Shown: piece after piece, positions 29,433-39,005 of the stretch
How positions within the stretch are numbered: position 1 is the stretch's first letter
Layout: every line of letters begins with the position of its first letter
Origin: Blastocatellia bacterium
Lineage (GTDB): Bacteria; Acidobacteriota; Blastocatellia; UBA7656
Direction: 5' to 3'
Assembly: GCA_045807765.1 (NCBI GenBank)
Contig: JBJMGU010000011.1
Coordinates: forward strand, 25,398 to 89,397
Length of the DNA stretch: 64,000 bases
Made by a program: the position numbers and the translations under genes
The notes under the pieces: model-generated
What the model was told of the DNA's origin: nothing
Database searches by the model: none
The model's input: only the letters and a program-made list of their open reading frames with translations

Positions 29433-31165
29433 CTCGTCACATTGCCGCAATCCATTTCGGTGCCGTTGTCGGTGCTGCTCCAGTGCAGGCGATTCCAGCC
29501 GCCATTGTTCTGCTCGGAGAAAGTCATTCCATAAAAGTAACAGGTGCCGTCGTTGCGTTTGACGGCGACCGCGCCGTTGATGGCGCGGCGCGTGATGATG
29601 CCGCTGATCGGATGACGGTAGAGCGTCCACTCGCGCTCGGTGATGACGGCGCGCACAGGTACGCCGGGCTTGCCCTGGTCGGTCAACATGCCGCGCGTCG
29701 CCTCGACCATGGCGCGCTCAAGAACCGGGTCGCTCTTGACCGCCCTGGGCAAAAAGACATTCTTCAATGCGATCTTGTGATAAGCGATGGCGCGCTCAGC
29801 CATCTTCTCTTGGCCGTTCGAGCAATCAATCTCGAACTCGCCTTCGGCAAGGTCGTGGCGGGAACTCATATAGATGGCGCTGACGCGGAAGCCGAGCGTG
29901 TGGCTGCGCGGTGAGCATTCGGCGAGCAGCCTGGCGTAACGTGACGAGCCTTCGCATTCTTTCGCCGTCTCAAGTGCCGGCAGCACCTCAATCGGCATGA
30001 ACGTCCACTGCTCCATTGGCTTAGTCATTGGATAATTGAAGCTGGTCATCTCGTTGCCGTCGAGGAAGACGGTCATCTGCATTTCGGTATCACCGGAATG
30101 CGCGCCGTCGGCCATCTCGGCAATCGTCCCTTTGAAGTAGGCCGTCGCATAAACTGTATCGGCGAGCGAAAACGTTTTGGCGACTGCCGACACCTCTTCC
30201 TGGCCGGCGACCAGCGGCTTGCGGCTGTAGACGACCTTCCCGGTGTTCTGCTTGTGGAATGCGCCGGCGTAGACTTTGCTGCCGAGATCGCGCTCGACCG
30301 CGCCGACAATAGCTTCGGCATCCTTGCGAATCCTGAGCGCCTGCGATTGATCGGGGAACGACAACAGCACGCCGTTGGCAAGCATCAGGGCGATGTCTGC
30401 GGCCTCGGTCGCTGCGCCGACTGCGCCGGCACCCTTCTTCTTTTCAACGTAGGCTTTCTCGATGGTGGCGTTGATCTCGCCGATCAAAAAGCTACGCACG
30501 AACTCGTCGTACTCTTTCGGGAATTTCGTCAGCAGTTGCTCGACGTGGTCGCTGATCTCGTTGTCGGTGCGCAGGCCGGGATGTTTGGCGAGCGCGTCCT
30601 TGACCTTCTTGATGGTCTCGCCATAGCCCAGCTCTTTGCACGATTCAAAATAGCGCTCGGCGTCGCCCTTCGTCTGTGTGTAGATGCCTTTCCAATAGGT
30701 CTGCGGAATCAGGTGCTCTGACGCGTAGGCCATTTTGCTGATGAAGGCTTTGATCTCGTCGAGCGAGTCGTCGTCGGCCTTGCGATCATTGGTCCGGCTG
30801 TCATTCGCCTTGCGGTCATTGACTGCGCTGTCATTCTCGTCTTCGCTCAACAACCGGCTGTAACCGGCGATCTCATGCTCATATGCCGCGGTCGAATAAT
30901 CGCGGTAGAGACTTTTGATGCCACCGATCAGCTCTTTGGCGTACTTCGCCGCGGCGCGTGCGCCTTCGATGTCGGGCGGATTCTCTTTTAGCTCTTTCCG
31001 CAGATCACTCATAGCCTGTTCGAGGCGGCGCACTTCGATGCGGCTGTCGGTTGAAATGCTTGGCTTGCGCTTTGGCACCGATACTTCGATCTTGATCTGT
31101 GTGGCGGCGAGCGGCTCTAAGGCGAACAGCACCGTCAGCGTCCAGATAGCAAATAAGCGTGTCAT
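29429..31165 (-). CDS. Hypothetical secreted protein (Lys/Glu-rich, lower GC than neighbours)
   Basis: The ORF spans 29429..31180. The probable start is MTRLFAIWTLTVLFALEPLAA, a signal peptide. I recognise no domain. Codon usage is AT-richer than the surrounding genes. Confidence 0.55.
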   Translation of the reverse strand: MTRLFAIWTLTVLFALEPLAATQIKIEVSVPKRKPSISTDSRIEVRRLEQAMSDLRKELKENPPDIEGARAAAKYAKELIGGIKSLYRDYSTAAYEHEIAGYSRLLSEDENDSAVNDRKANDSRTNDRKADDDSLDEIKAFISKMAYASEHLIPQTYWKGIYTQTKGDAERYFESCKELGYGETIKKVKDALAKHPGLRTDNEISDHVEQLLTKFPKEYDEFVRSFLIGEINATIEKAYVEKKKGAGAVGAATEAADIALMLANGVLLSFPDQSQALRIRKDAEAIVGAVERDLGSKVYAGAFHKQNTGKVVYSRKPLVAGQEEVSAVAKTFSLADTVYATAYFKGTIAEMADGAHSGDTEMQMTVFLDGNEMTSFNYPMTKPMEQWTFMPIEVLPALETAKECEGSSRYARLLAECSPRSHTLGFRVSAIYMSSRHDLAEGEFEIDCSNGQEKMAERAIAYHKIALKNVFLPRAVKSDPVLERAMVEATRGMLTDQGKPGVPVRAVITEREWTLYRHPISGIITRRAINGAVAVKRNDGTCYFYGMTFSEQNNGGWNRLHWSSTDNGTEMDCGNVTR

Positions 31166-31349
31166 TATCGTTTCCTCCAAAAAGTCGTTTTATCCATCCG
31201 TTTGATTGCGCCCCGAGGCGCAACGCGTTTTAACTGCACGCCGGTTGAAGGTGGCGCTCGCGGCGCGGTATTACTGGCGGGCAAAAAAAGTTTGGCAGTT
31301 GGGCGCGGCGCTAAGGCGGCGAAACGCTGTGCGCGCTTCAGGCGAATGG

Positions 31350-31379
31350 TTGACAATGGCAGAAGCGGCGCGGTCAAAT
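31350..31379 (+). promoter_or_regulatory. Putative promoter of the sigma gene (-35 TTGACA, 18-bp spacer, -10 TCAAAT)
   Basis: The hexamers were read directly. The call is weak. Confidence 0.3.
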
Positions 31380-31419
31380 CAGCTTCAGCGTTTTATCAGT
31401 GAGCGCATTGTGAGGGGCT

Positions 31420-32469
31420 GTGGCGATCCGAGAGCTTGACGACATTCTTCTGCCGCTGGTCGAAGCCGGCGACACGGATGAGGCCGACACGCGGCTGGCG
31501 GCGGTATTGGCCGAGCATGCCGCGCCGGTCATTCGCGGCGTCGTCAAGAGCAAGCTGCGCGTGTCGCTAAGCCCCGCAGATGGCAGCGCCGCCAATCAAG
31601 ATGCGCTTGAGCTTGCAAACGACGTGCAGGCCGCGCTCGTCACCGAGTTGCGGCGATTGCGGAGCGCCGAGTCGCGGGAGCCGATCAGCGACTTTCGCGG
31701 TTATGTCGCGGTGCTCGCCTTCCACGCCTGCTACCGCTACCTGCGCCGCCGCAACCCCGAGCGCCACTCGCTGAAAAGTAAGATACGTTATATCCTTTCG
31801 CACGCCCCTGAGTTCGCACTGTGGCAGGATGCAAACGGCGCATGGCTGTGCGACAGCGCGGCGCGGCGCCGTTCGCCAACTCAGGCGGCGCGCGCAAAGC
31901 CGAGCGACGAAGCGTTGTCGGCGCGCCTGTTGTCGCGGCTGACCGATCCGGCCAGCACAGGACTCACTGACCTGCTCGCCGCCATCGTCGAAGAAGCGGC
32001 GGGCGCGATGGAGCTTGACGAGGTGGTCAGCTTGGTGGCCGCCTTGCAGGGCATTCGCCCTATAGCGGAACAGGGCGAAGGCGACGCAGAGGGCGAAGAC
32101 CGGCAGCGCCAGGAGCTAGCTGACCCGCGCGCAGACGTGGCCGCGGAAGTTGACCATCGCCTCTACCTTGAGCAACTGTGGCGGGAGATTGGCGATCTGC
32201 CGCCGCGCCAGCGCCTCGCCCTGTTGTTGAACCTGCGCGACGCGCAGGGGCGCGACGTGATCGCCTTATTGCCCATCACCGGCGTCGCCAGCCTGCGGCA
32301 GATCGCCGACGTGCTCGGCATACCCGCCGAAGAATTTGCCGCGCTGTGGAACGACTTGCCGATGGATGATGCGCGCATTGCCGAACGACTGGGCATCACG
32401 CGACAGCAGGTCATCAATCTGCGCAAGTCGGCACGTGAACGATTGATGCGGCGGATGAAATATCATTGA
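31420..32469 (+). CDS. ECF-like sigma-70 family factor with extended linker (GTG start)
   Basis: Region-2-like N-terminus and a C-terminal region 4 HTH (DLPPRQRLALLLNL...SLRQIADVLGIPAEEFAALWNDLP...RQQVINLRKSARERL). 349 aa. Confidence 0.6.
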   Translation: MAIRELDDILLPLVEAGDTDEADTRLAAVLAEHAAPVIRGVVKSKLRVSLSPADGSAANQDALELANDVQAALVTELRRLRSAESREPISDFRGYVAVLAFHACYRYLRRRNPERHSLKSKIRYILSHAPEFALWQDANGAWLCDSAARRRSPTQAARAKPSDEALSARLLSRLTDPASTGLTDLLAAIVEEAAGAMELDEVVSLVAALQGIRPIAEQGEGDAEGEDRQRQELADPRADVAAEVDHRLYLEQLWREIGDLPPRQRLALLLNLRDAQGRDVIALLPITGVASLRQIADVLGIPAEEFAALWNDLPMDDARIAERLGITRQQVINLRKSARERLMRRMKYH

Positions 32470-32529
32470 AGCCGCAGGCCGCGCGGTAATATGCGAAGCG
32501 CGGCGCGCCCTTAACCAGATGGGGAACTG

Positions 32530-33903
32530 ATGGCAGAGCACCTTTCACAAGAGACGCTGACGCGCTACGCGGGCCGTGCCCTGTCGGCGACCGAGTTGCT
32601 GGCGGCGGACGATCATCTCGCTGCCTGCGCGGCGTGTCGCGAGCGCCTTGAAGTTAAGAGCGAGGCTCGCGCCGTCGTTCAGGCGTTGCGCGCCGAATCT
32701 GCCGCGACTCCTTTCATGCACCTCGACTACGAGCAACTGGAAGCGGTCGTTGACGGCACTGCTGCCGAGGTCGAGCGCGAGATCGTCAGCAGCCACACAC
32801 AGCTCTGCGCGGCGTGCGCCGACGAGTTGAATGAGCTGATGGCGTTGAAGTCCCAGTTGCAAGCCCGCAGCGCGTCGCGACACGCCGCGGACGATGCAGT
32901 GAGTCAGCCGGGACGAGACGGCAATGCAGAACCTGCGCCGGTGGTCTCTTTGAAGGCATATCGGCAACAGCGCGAGGTGCGTCGTCAGCCGCGCGCCTGG
33001 CTAACGCGATGGGCGGCGGTGGCGGCGGTGCTGGCTGTCTGCGCGCTGGTCGCGTGGATGGTGTGGCGTCCGTCGCCGTCTGAGCAGGTGGCCGGCGTGA
33101 ATCAGAATTCCGGCGTGAGCGAACCGGCAACGACCGGCACATCAACCAACGATCAGAAAGCAGCGGCGAATCACAATGCTTCGTCGGGAACCGCAGAGCC
33201 GCAGCCGCCGGCTTCGCCATCTGCGGTTGTCGCGCTTAACGATGGAGCGCGACGTGTAACGCTCGACGCCGAAGGCAGGCTTGCGGGTTTCGATGGTCTT
33301 GCGCCTGAAGCGGCGGAGGCTGTGCGGCTCGCGCTTAAGCGGCAACGGGTCGAAGCGCCCGCTGGCTTAGCGGCTATCACTGAGAACGCCGGCACGTTGA
33401 TGAGCGGGGGCGGTGACGGCATCGCTTTCAAACTCATCAGCCCCATCGGCACCGCCGTGCAGAGCGCGCGGCCCGTATTCCGCTGGCAACCGCTCGCGGG
33501 CGCAACAAGCTATGTCGTGAAGGTGTTCGACGCAAACTTCAACCGCGTGGCGATGAGCGAGCCGCTCGCGACAACGACGTGGACGCCGAGCCAACCGCTT
33601 GCCGTTGGAGCAATCTATTCGTGGCAGGTGACGGCGGCGAAGGATGGCGGCGAAACGACTTCGCCTGCGCCGCCTGCGCCGCAAGCCCGCTTCAAAGTGA
33701 TCGAGCGCGCAAGGCTCGCCGAGCTGCGCCGCGCCGAACAGAGCTACCCGGATTCGCACCTGCTGCGCGGCGTCCTCTATGCGCGGGCCGGATTGTTAGA
33801 CGACGCCGAGCGCGAGCTGCAAGCATTGCTCAAGGCCAACCCCGCGAACGAAGCCGCGAGAAAACTGCTGGCCAGTGTGCATGCGCTGCGGCAGAAGCGA
33901 TAG
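32530..33903 (+). CDS. Putative anti-sigma factor (zf-HC2-like N-terminus, single TM, extracytoplasmic Fn3-like and TPR-like C-terminus)
   Basis: The Cys/His pattern is HLAACAACRERL...CAACADEL. There is a TM segment (WAAVAAVLAVCALVAWMVW) and a C-terminal TPR-like helix pair. It is adjacent to the sigma gene. Confidence 0.55.
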   Translation: MAEHLSQETLTRYAGRALSATELLAADDHLAACAACRERLEVKSEARAVVQALRAESAATPFMHLDYEQLEAVVDGTAAEVEREIVSSHTQLCAACADELNELMALKSQLQARSASRHAADDAVSQPGRDGNAEPAPVVSLKAYRQQREVRRQPRAWLTRWAAVAAVLAVCALVAWMVWRPSPSEQVAGVNQNSGVSEPATTGTSTNDQKAAANHNASSGTAEPQPPASPSAVVALNDGARRVTLDAEGRLAGFDGLAPEAAEAVRLALKRQRVEAPAGLAAITENAGTLMSGGGDGIAFKLISPIGTAVQSARPVFRWQPLAGATSYVVKVFDANFNRVAMSEPLATTTWTPSQPLAVGAIYSWQVTAAKDGGETTSPAPPAPQARFKVIERARLAELRRAEQSYPDSHLLRGVLYARAGLLDDAERELQALLKANPANEAARKLLASVHALRQKR

Positions 33904-33917
33904 GTTCTGTTACCTGC

Positions 33918-36900
33918 TCATTGCGGATCACCGACGACGACGAAGCCTGCCCAGTAAAAGGGGTGCTTCCAGCGCTCGCCGCGCAGGACTTTCAACATTG
34001 CCTGCCGTAACGCCTGCGCCTTGCCTTCGCCATTCATGGCGCGGCGGTGGAACTCGACCATCAAATCGTTGGTGCTGGCCGCGTCTACTTTCCACTGGCT
34101 GACGACAGTGGTCGGGCTGCCGGCGACGAAGACCGACCAGGTCAGGCCGATGACGCCTTCGCCGGCGCCGACGCGACCGCGCGCCGTCTCGCACGCCGAC
34201 AACACGACCATCTCTGCCGGCAGGTCGAGGTTCATGATCTCCCACGCTTCGAGCAGTCCGTCTTCCTTGCTGTTGTTCTCATCCTGCGCCAGCACAAGCC
34301 GCGAATACATCGGGCTGTCATTGTCGAGAATGCCATGCGTCGCCAGATGCAGGACGCGGTACTTCGCGGCTTCGGCTTTGACGCGCGCCTCGCTCGCCTC
34401 GCGGCCCGTGTAGACGCGGCTATTCGCGACGCCATAAATCTGACTGAGCGTCTTGACCTGTGCTTCGGTCTCCGGCAAGGCGGCAAGCGGGCCGCCGAGC
34501 GTCGTCGCCTGGCCGGCGTGCCCGCTGAATGCCGGGTTGCCAATGGCCAACAGCGTCGGTGCCGATGTCTGCGCCCGCCGTTTATGTTGCCGGCGCATCT
34601 CGGACAGCGCCGTGAGCGAAGGCGCATAGGCGACCGCCTGACGCTCAATCAAGTAAGCCTCTTTCGTCATCAACGCTTGAAAGGGAAGATTCCAGAGCGC
34701 GCCGTCGGGGATGATGACGAGCGCATCTTTGCCGGCGAGTTGCTCCTGCGCCGGGCCGAGTAACAAATTGTAAAGCTCGCGCGCCGGGCCGCGGAATTCC
34801 AGATCGCGACTGGCGAGTTGATGGCGGAATTGCTCAGCGCGTGCTGTCAGCTCCGTCTCTTTGATGTTGAGCGTGTAGCTGCGCACATCGCTTGTGCCAT
34901 CGGCCTTGCGCGTGATGACGAAGAGAAATGTCTTTGCAGAAGTCACGACATATTCGAGCAAGGCACTGTGCGAATCAACCAGTAGGGCACCCGCCTGATC
35001 GGCGCTTAAGGCAGGCGATTGGCCGCGCTGGGTCTTCAGCTCGGGGTGCGAGGCATAGAGCGTGATCTGGAAGGCTTCATATTCAACACGCGCCTGCTGC
35101 AAGCGCGATTTGAGGTCGGCCAGTCGCGCCGCGTTCGGCTTACTGCTCGCCGACTCGCGAGCCACCTGCGCGTTGAGCAACGCGAGCGAGCCGGCCAAAC
35201 TGCTTTCGCGCTCGCGCTCTTCGCGGGTCATCGCTTTGGTGATGTTGGCCCGCCCGCCGCGCAACACGTCTAGCAGCACGCGCGCCTTGGCGCGCTCGGC
35301 ATAGGCGAGCGCTTCACCCGTCCGGTTGTCGCGCAACAACAATTCGATCATGTCGTGATAGGGGTCGAGCTTGTCTTCAAAGAATCGCTGCTGTTCTTGC
35401 TCGCCGCCCGCGACGCGCGCCCGCAGCGATTCGATGGCGCGGATCGCTTCGTCGAGCGACTGCCGCGCGCTTGTCGTTTGATTCAGCGCGCGGTACGCAT
35501 CGGCCATGTACTTTTCAGCGCGCCACAGCGTATCGGGGCTCTCGGTCTCGCGGGCCAGTTGGGCGGCGCGCCCGGCGGCTGTGAGCGCCGGTTCGGGACG
35601 GCTCGCGGCGAGATGTGCTTCGGCGATGTCGAGCAGCGCGCCCGCCATTGCGACTTTGTTCTTCATGCCTTCGGCGACCGCCAAGCTCTTTTCATAACTG
35701 GCGAGCGCCGCCGCCGGCGCGTTTTGCAGACGGTAACAGTTGCCGATGTTCTTCAGCGTGCCGGCAACGCCATCTTTGAAGTTGAGCGATTCGTAGAGCG
35801 AAAGGTTTGCTTCAAACTGCTTGAGCGCGGCGTCAACCTGACCCTGGACCATCAGGACGTTGGCGATGTTGCCTCGCAAGTCAGCGACCAGGCGCGGCTC
35901 GCCGAGCGGTTCGACAAGCGCGAGGCTCTTGCGATAAGCGGCGAGCGCCTGCTCGTAGTTCTGCTGGCGCAGCATCACGTCGCCCATATTCATCAAGGCC
36001 GTCGCCTGGCTGCGCACGTTCTTGACCGACTCGGCGAACTTCATGCTTTTTTCATAAAGCTCAAGCGCTTCGGCGTGGCGGCCCTGTTCGAGATAGATGC
36101 TGGCGATGTTATTCATCTGCTGAGCGCGCCCGGCGGCTGCCGTCGGGCCGCCGATGGCTTCGTACATCGCCAGGCTCTGCTGCCAGAGCGCCAGCGCTTG
36201 CTGAAAGTCGCCCTGATTCCAATACAGGTAGCCGACATTATTCAGCGTGTTGGCGACACCGAGATCGTCTTTCAATTGCTCGCAGAGCGCCAGCGCCAGT
36301 TGGTAAGCGTCCATCGCCGTCGCGTAGTCGCCCGCCTCCTGATACTGATTGCCGACGAGCTTAATCTCGTAAGGCAGCCGCAGCGTGATGAGGTTTTCTT
36401 CCTGCTTGAGCAAGGCGACGCGCTCAGCGCTGCTTTTCATCTTGACGAGCGCCGCCGCCAAATCTCTTTCGGCAGGCGAGTCGCTCCACAGCCGCCACTC
36501 GCCGGCCTCTTTGACGAACCGCATCGAACGCTGCATGCGATGAAACGGCGCGATCTCCTTGCCGCTCTCGGCATCGATCACGGTCAGGTCAGCGGCGACA
36601 CGAACCCGCGCGCCGTCAGCGCCGAACGTCACCCGCATCACGTTCAGATGATTCACCGTGATGCTCCGCGCGTCCTCGAACAGGCCGCCGATTGCATGGC
36701 GTATCGCCACATAGTCGGGCGACTGCGCGCTCCAGAGCGCGGCGACTGCATCGATCTCTTTGCGGGCGAAGGCGGCAAAGTATCGCTGCACCAGATCGCG
36801 CAGCCCCGCTTCGTCCGCTGCCTCTTGCATCACAAGGCGCGAAGGGGCGCGTGCGGCTTGCACGGGCAGCGCGCCGACGAGCGCCAGGATGATGATCGCT

Positions 36901-37007
36901 GAGATGATTCTTCGATGAGACACAGTAGCCCCCCGGTCATGCGCTTGCGAATCGGTCGCCGCGCAAGACTCACTTCTAAATGATTGGTTGGGATGGAGCG
37001 CCAACAT
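33918..37007 (-). CDS. TPR-repeat plus CHAT (caspase-like peptidase) domain protein with N-terminal NTF2/SnoaL-like domain
   Basis: Multiple TPR units (LNNVGYLYWNQGDFQQALALWQQSL and others). The C-terminal CHAT region has a His/Cys dyad context (VLHLATHG ... VVLSACETA). 1029 aa. A possible signal peptide follows an internal GTG (VSHRRIISAIIILALVGALPVQA). Confidence 0.8.
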   Translation of the reverse strand: MLALHPNQSFRSESCAATDSQAHDRGATVSHRRIISAIIILALVGALPVQAARAPSRLVMQEAADEAGLRDLVQRYFAAFARKEIDAVAALWSAQSPDYVAIRHAIGGLFEDARSITVNHLNVMRVTFGADGARVRVAADLTVIDAESGKEIAPFHRMQRSMRFVKEAGEWRLWSDSPAERDLAAALVKMKSSAERVALLKQEENLITLRLPYEIKLVGNQYQEAGDYATAMDAYQLALALCEQLKDDLGVANTLNNVGYLYWNQGDFQQALALWQQSLAMYEAIGGPTAAAGRAQQMNNIASIYLEQGRHAEALELYEKSMKFAESVKNVRSQATALMNMGDVMLRQQNYEQALAAYRKSLALVEPLGEPRLVADLRGNIANVLMVQGQVDAALKQFEANLSLYESLNFKDGVAGTLKNIGNCYRLQNAPAAALASYEKSLAVAEGMKNKVAMAGALLDIAEAHLAASRPEPALTAAGRAAQLARETESPDTLWRAEKYMADAYRALNQTTSARQSLDEAIRAIESLRARVAGGEQEQQRFFEDKLDPYHDMIELLLRDNRTGEALAYAERAKARVLLDVLRGGRANITKAMTREERERESSLAGSLALLNAQVARESASSKPNAARLADLKSRLQQARVEYEAFQITLYASHPELKTQRGQSPALSADQAGALLVDSHSALLEYVVTSAKTFLFVITRKADGTSDVRSYTLNIKETELTARAEQFRHQLASRDLEFRGPARELYNLLLGPAQEQLAGKDALVIIPDGALWNLPFQALMTKEAYLIERQAVAYAPSLTALSEMRRQHKRRAQTSAPTLLAIGNPAFSGHAGQATTLGGPLAALPETEAQVKTLSQIYGVANSRVYTGREASEARVKAEAAKYRVLHLATHGILDNDSPMYSRLVLAQDENNSKEDGLLEAWEIMNLDLPAEMVVLSACETARGRVGAGEGVIGLTWSVFVAGSPTTVVSQWKVDAASTNDLMVEFHRRAMNGEGKAQALRQAMLKVLRGERWKHPFYWAGFVVVGDPQ

Positions 37008-37246
37008 TCTAGCACGCCGGCGCTCTGCCGTGAACCGCTGAGCGCCCGCCTTTCATCAGTCGAAACGGACAAAAATCTTTTCTCGGCGGCGCCGGTAATA
37101 TCGCCTCGCCGCGCGCCCCTTACCTGATTGTGACGAGGTCAGCGCGGCGGCAGTGCAAACGGTTCACTAGGGATGGAGCGCCGTTTCACGCCTGCCGCGC
37201 CCTCTTTTTCCGCAGCGACGCTGTTCACCCAAGGAGAGTGTGACGC

Positions 37247-37423
37247 ATGGGGGAATACGATCTGCAACCCGGACTTGAATCATCAGACGGCGGCGGTCGG
37301 CCAGCGAATATCCGCCGACCTTGTAACGCCTCAGACGGCTTTTGCTATTGCGCCGGTATTGCCGGCAAAAACTTCACCGGCCCCTGTCTGCTTTATTCAA
37401 CCCCGTTAGAAAGGAACTGCTGA
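37247..37423 (+). CDS. Small Cys-rich peptide ORF (58 aa) with good SD (AAGGAGAG, 8 nt spacing)
   Basis: MGEYDLQPGLESSDGGGRPANIRRPCNASDGFCYCAGIAGKNFTGPCLLYSTPLERNC. Five Cys and no signal peptide. It is below the ORF-track size cutoff. Confidence 0.3.
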   Translation: MGEYDLQPGLESSDGGGRPANIRRPCNASDGFCYCAGIAGKNFTGPCLLYSTPLERNC

Positions 37424-37424
37424 A

Positions 37425-37493
37425 ATGTCTATGTCAAAGAGAATCGTCATCGCGACAGGTTTAATCGTCGCCAGTACGTTGCTGGCGGATTGA
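37425..37493 (+). CDS. Tiny hydrophobic peptide ORF (22 aa), start overlapping the stop of the previous ORF (TGAAATG)
   Basis: MSMSKRIVIATGLIVASTLLAD is a single-TM-like peptide. RBS AAAGGAAC lies upstream. Confidence 0.25.
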   Translation: MSMSKRIVIATGLIVASTLLAD

Positions 37494-37539
37494 TCGCGAT
37501 ATCTGCCCCTATAGCGGTTTGCAAATGCATGGAGCCTTA

Positions 37540-37611
37540 GCCACGAAGGCACGAAGCCACAAAGCCACACAATCTTTTTTGTGTTTCTTGGTGTCTTCGT
37601 GGCTTGGTGGC
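37540..37611. repeat. Hairpin element, family E (tandem GCCACGAAG/CACAAAG units), copy E1
   Basis: gccacgaaggcacgaagccacaaagccacacaa-tctttt-ttgtgtttcttggtgtcttcgtggcttggtggc. It lies between convergent genes and is a probable bidirectional terminator. Confidence 0.75.
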
Positions 37612-37644
37612 GATTCCTCTCACTAAGCTCATAGGAAATCCGCT

Positions 37645-38943
37645 TTAGGTGCGGTTGAAGCGCCGCGCTTTGAATTCGTAGCGCGGCAGCGAATTGGGCG
37701 CCGCTTGCTCAAGGCTGACGCGAATGCCAAACTGGCGGCGGAAGCCTGCGAGCAGGGCGCGGGCGGTTTCGGCAAACGGCGCGGCGTCTGCGGTTTCCAG
37801 GCGAATCAGCAGATCATCCATGCCGGCGACACGGTGGACGCGGACTTCGTATTCGATGACTTCGGGCAAGCCGCGGATCAGGTTATCAATGGCGCTCGGA
37901 TAAAGGTTGACGCCACGCACGATCAGCATATCGTCGGCTCGGCCCAGCACGCCGCCGCGAATGCGCGCAAAGCCGCGCCCGCAGGCGCACGGCTCGCGCG
38001 TCAGCTCGACCAGATCGCCCGTGCGATAGCGCAGCACAGGCATGCAGCCGCGCCCGAGGTTGGTGATGACCAGCTCGCCCCGCTCACCTTCTGCGACCGC
38101 CGCGCTGTTTGCCGGATCGATGACGTCAAAGATGAACTCGGCTTCGTTTAGATGAATCGCGCCCGCCTGCGCTTCGCAATCGAAAGCCCACGCGCCGACC
38201 TCTGTAGCGCCCGCGTGGTCGAAGCAGGTCGCGCCCCACGCCGTTTCAATCGCCTGCTTGACGGCGGGAAGACTCGCGCCCGGCTCGCCCGCGTGAATCA
38301 TCCGCCGAATCATTGAAGCGCGCAGATTGATGCCCTGCCGTTTGGCGACTTCGGCGAGGTGCAGCGCGTAAGTCGGCGTCGAGATCAACACCGTGCAGCC
38401 GTTATCAATCAATGCCTGTAAGCGTTGCTCGGAATTCATGCCGCCGCCCGCAACCGCCATCGCGCCGACGTGCCACGCGCTGGCAATCGCCGTCCAGTGA
38501 CTGATGAACGGCCCAAACGAAAAGGCGCAGAAGACGACATCGCCCGCATTGATTCCCGCACCGCGATAGACCATGCCCCAGCAGCGCGTCCACCAGTCCC
38601 AGCTCTCCTGCGTGTCGAGCCATCGCAGAGCGCGGCCTGTCGTTCCCGATGTCTGGTGAAGGTAACGATAGCGCGTCAGCGGATAGGTCAAGAGCCTGCC
38701 GAACGGCGGGTGCGCGGCCTGCTCTTCGACCAGCTCGGCTTTGGTCGTGAAGGGCAGGGCATCGAGGTCTTCGGGCTGCTCGATGCGCGCCAGCTCGACG
38801 CCTGCGGCGCGCGCTTTGGCTTGATAAAACTCGTTCGTTGCCAGCTCAGCCATCAGCAAGCGCAGCCGCTCGCTCTGCCACTGGCGCAGGCCGTCGCGTC
38901 CAAGCGTTTCAAGCTCGCGGTTGTAAAACTGTGACCCGTTCAT
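37645..38943 (-). CDS. Phenylacetate--CoA ligase family (PaaK-like / coenzyme F390 synthetase-like adenylate-forming enzyme)
   Basis: Adenylation motifs are YLHQTSGTTGRALRW and AGEPGASLP, with a C-terminal PaaK-type domain. 432 aa. Confidence 0.8.
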   Translation of the reverse strand: MNGSQFYNRELETLGRDGLRQWQSERLRLLMAELATNEFYQAKARAAGVELARIEQPEDLDALPFTTKAELVEEQAAHPPFGRLLTYPLTRYRYLHQTSGTTGRALRWLDTQESWDWWTRCWGMVYRGAGINAGDVVFCAFSFGPFISHWTAIASAWHVGAMAVAGGGMNSEQRLQALIDNGCTVLISTPTYALHLAEVAKRQGINLRASMIRRMIHAGEPGASLPAVKQAIETAWGATCFDHAGATEVGAWAFDCEAQAGAIHLNEAEFIFDVIDPANSAAVAEGERGELVITNLGRGCMPVLRYRTGDLVELTREPCACGRGFARIRGGVLGRADDMLIVRGVNLYPSAIDNLIRGLPEVIEYEVRVHRVAGMDDLLIRLETADAAPFAETARALLAGFRRQFGIRVSLEQAAPNSLPRYEFKARRFNRT

Positions 38944-39005
38944 GGCGATTTCGATTCAATCACAGGTCGGCTGAATTTGGCGAGGCTGGAAGCCGAATGG
39001 CGGGG

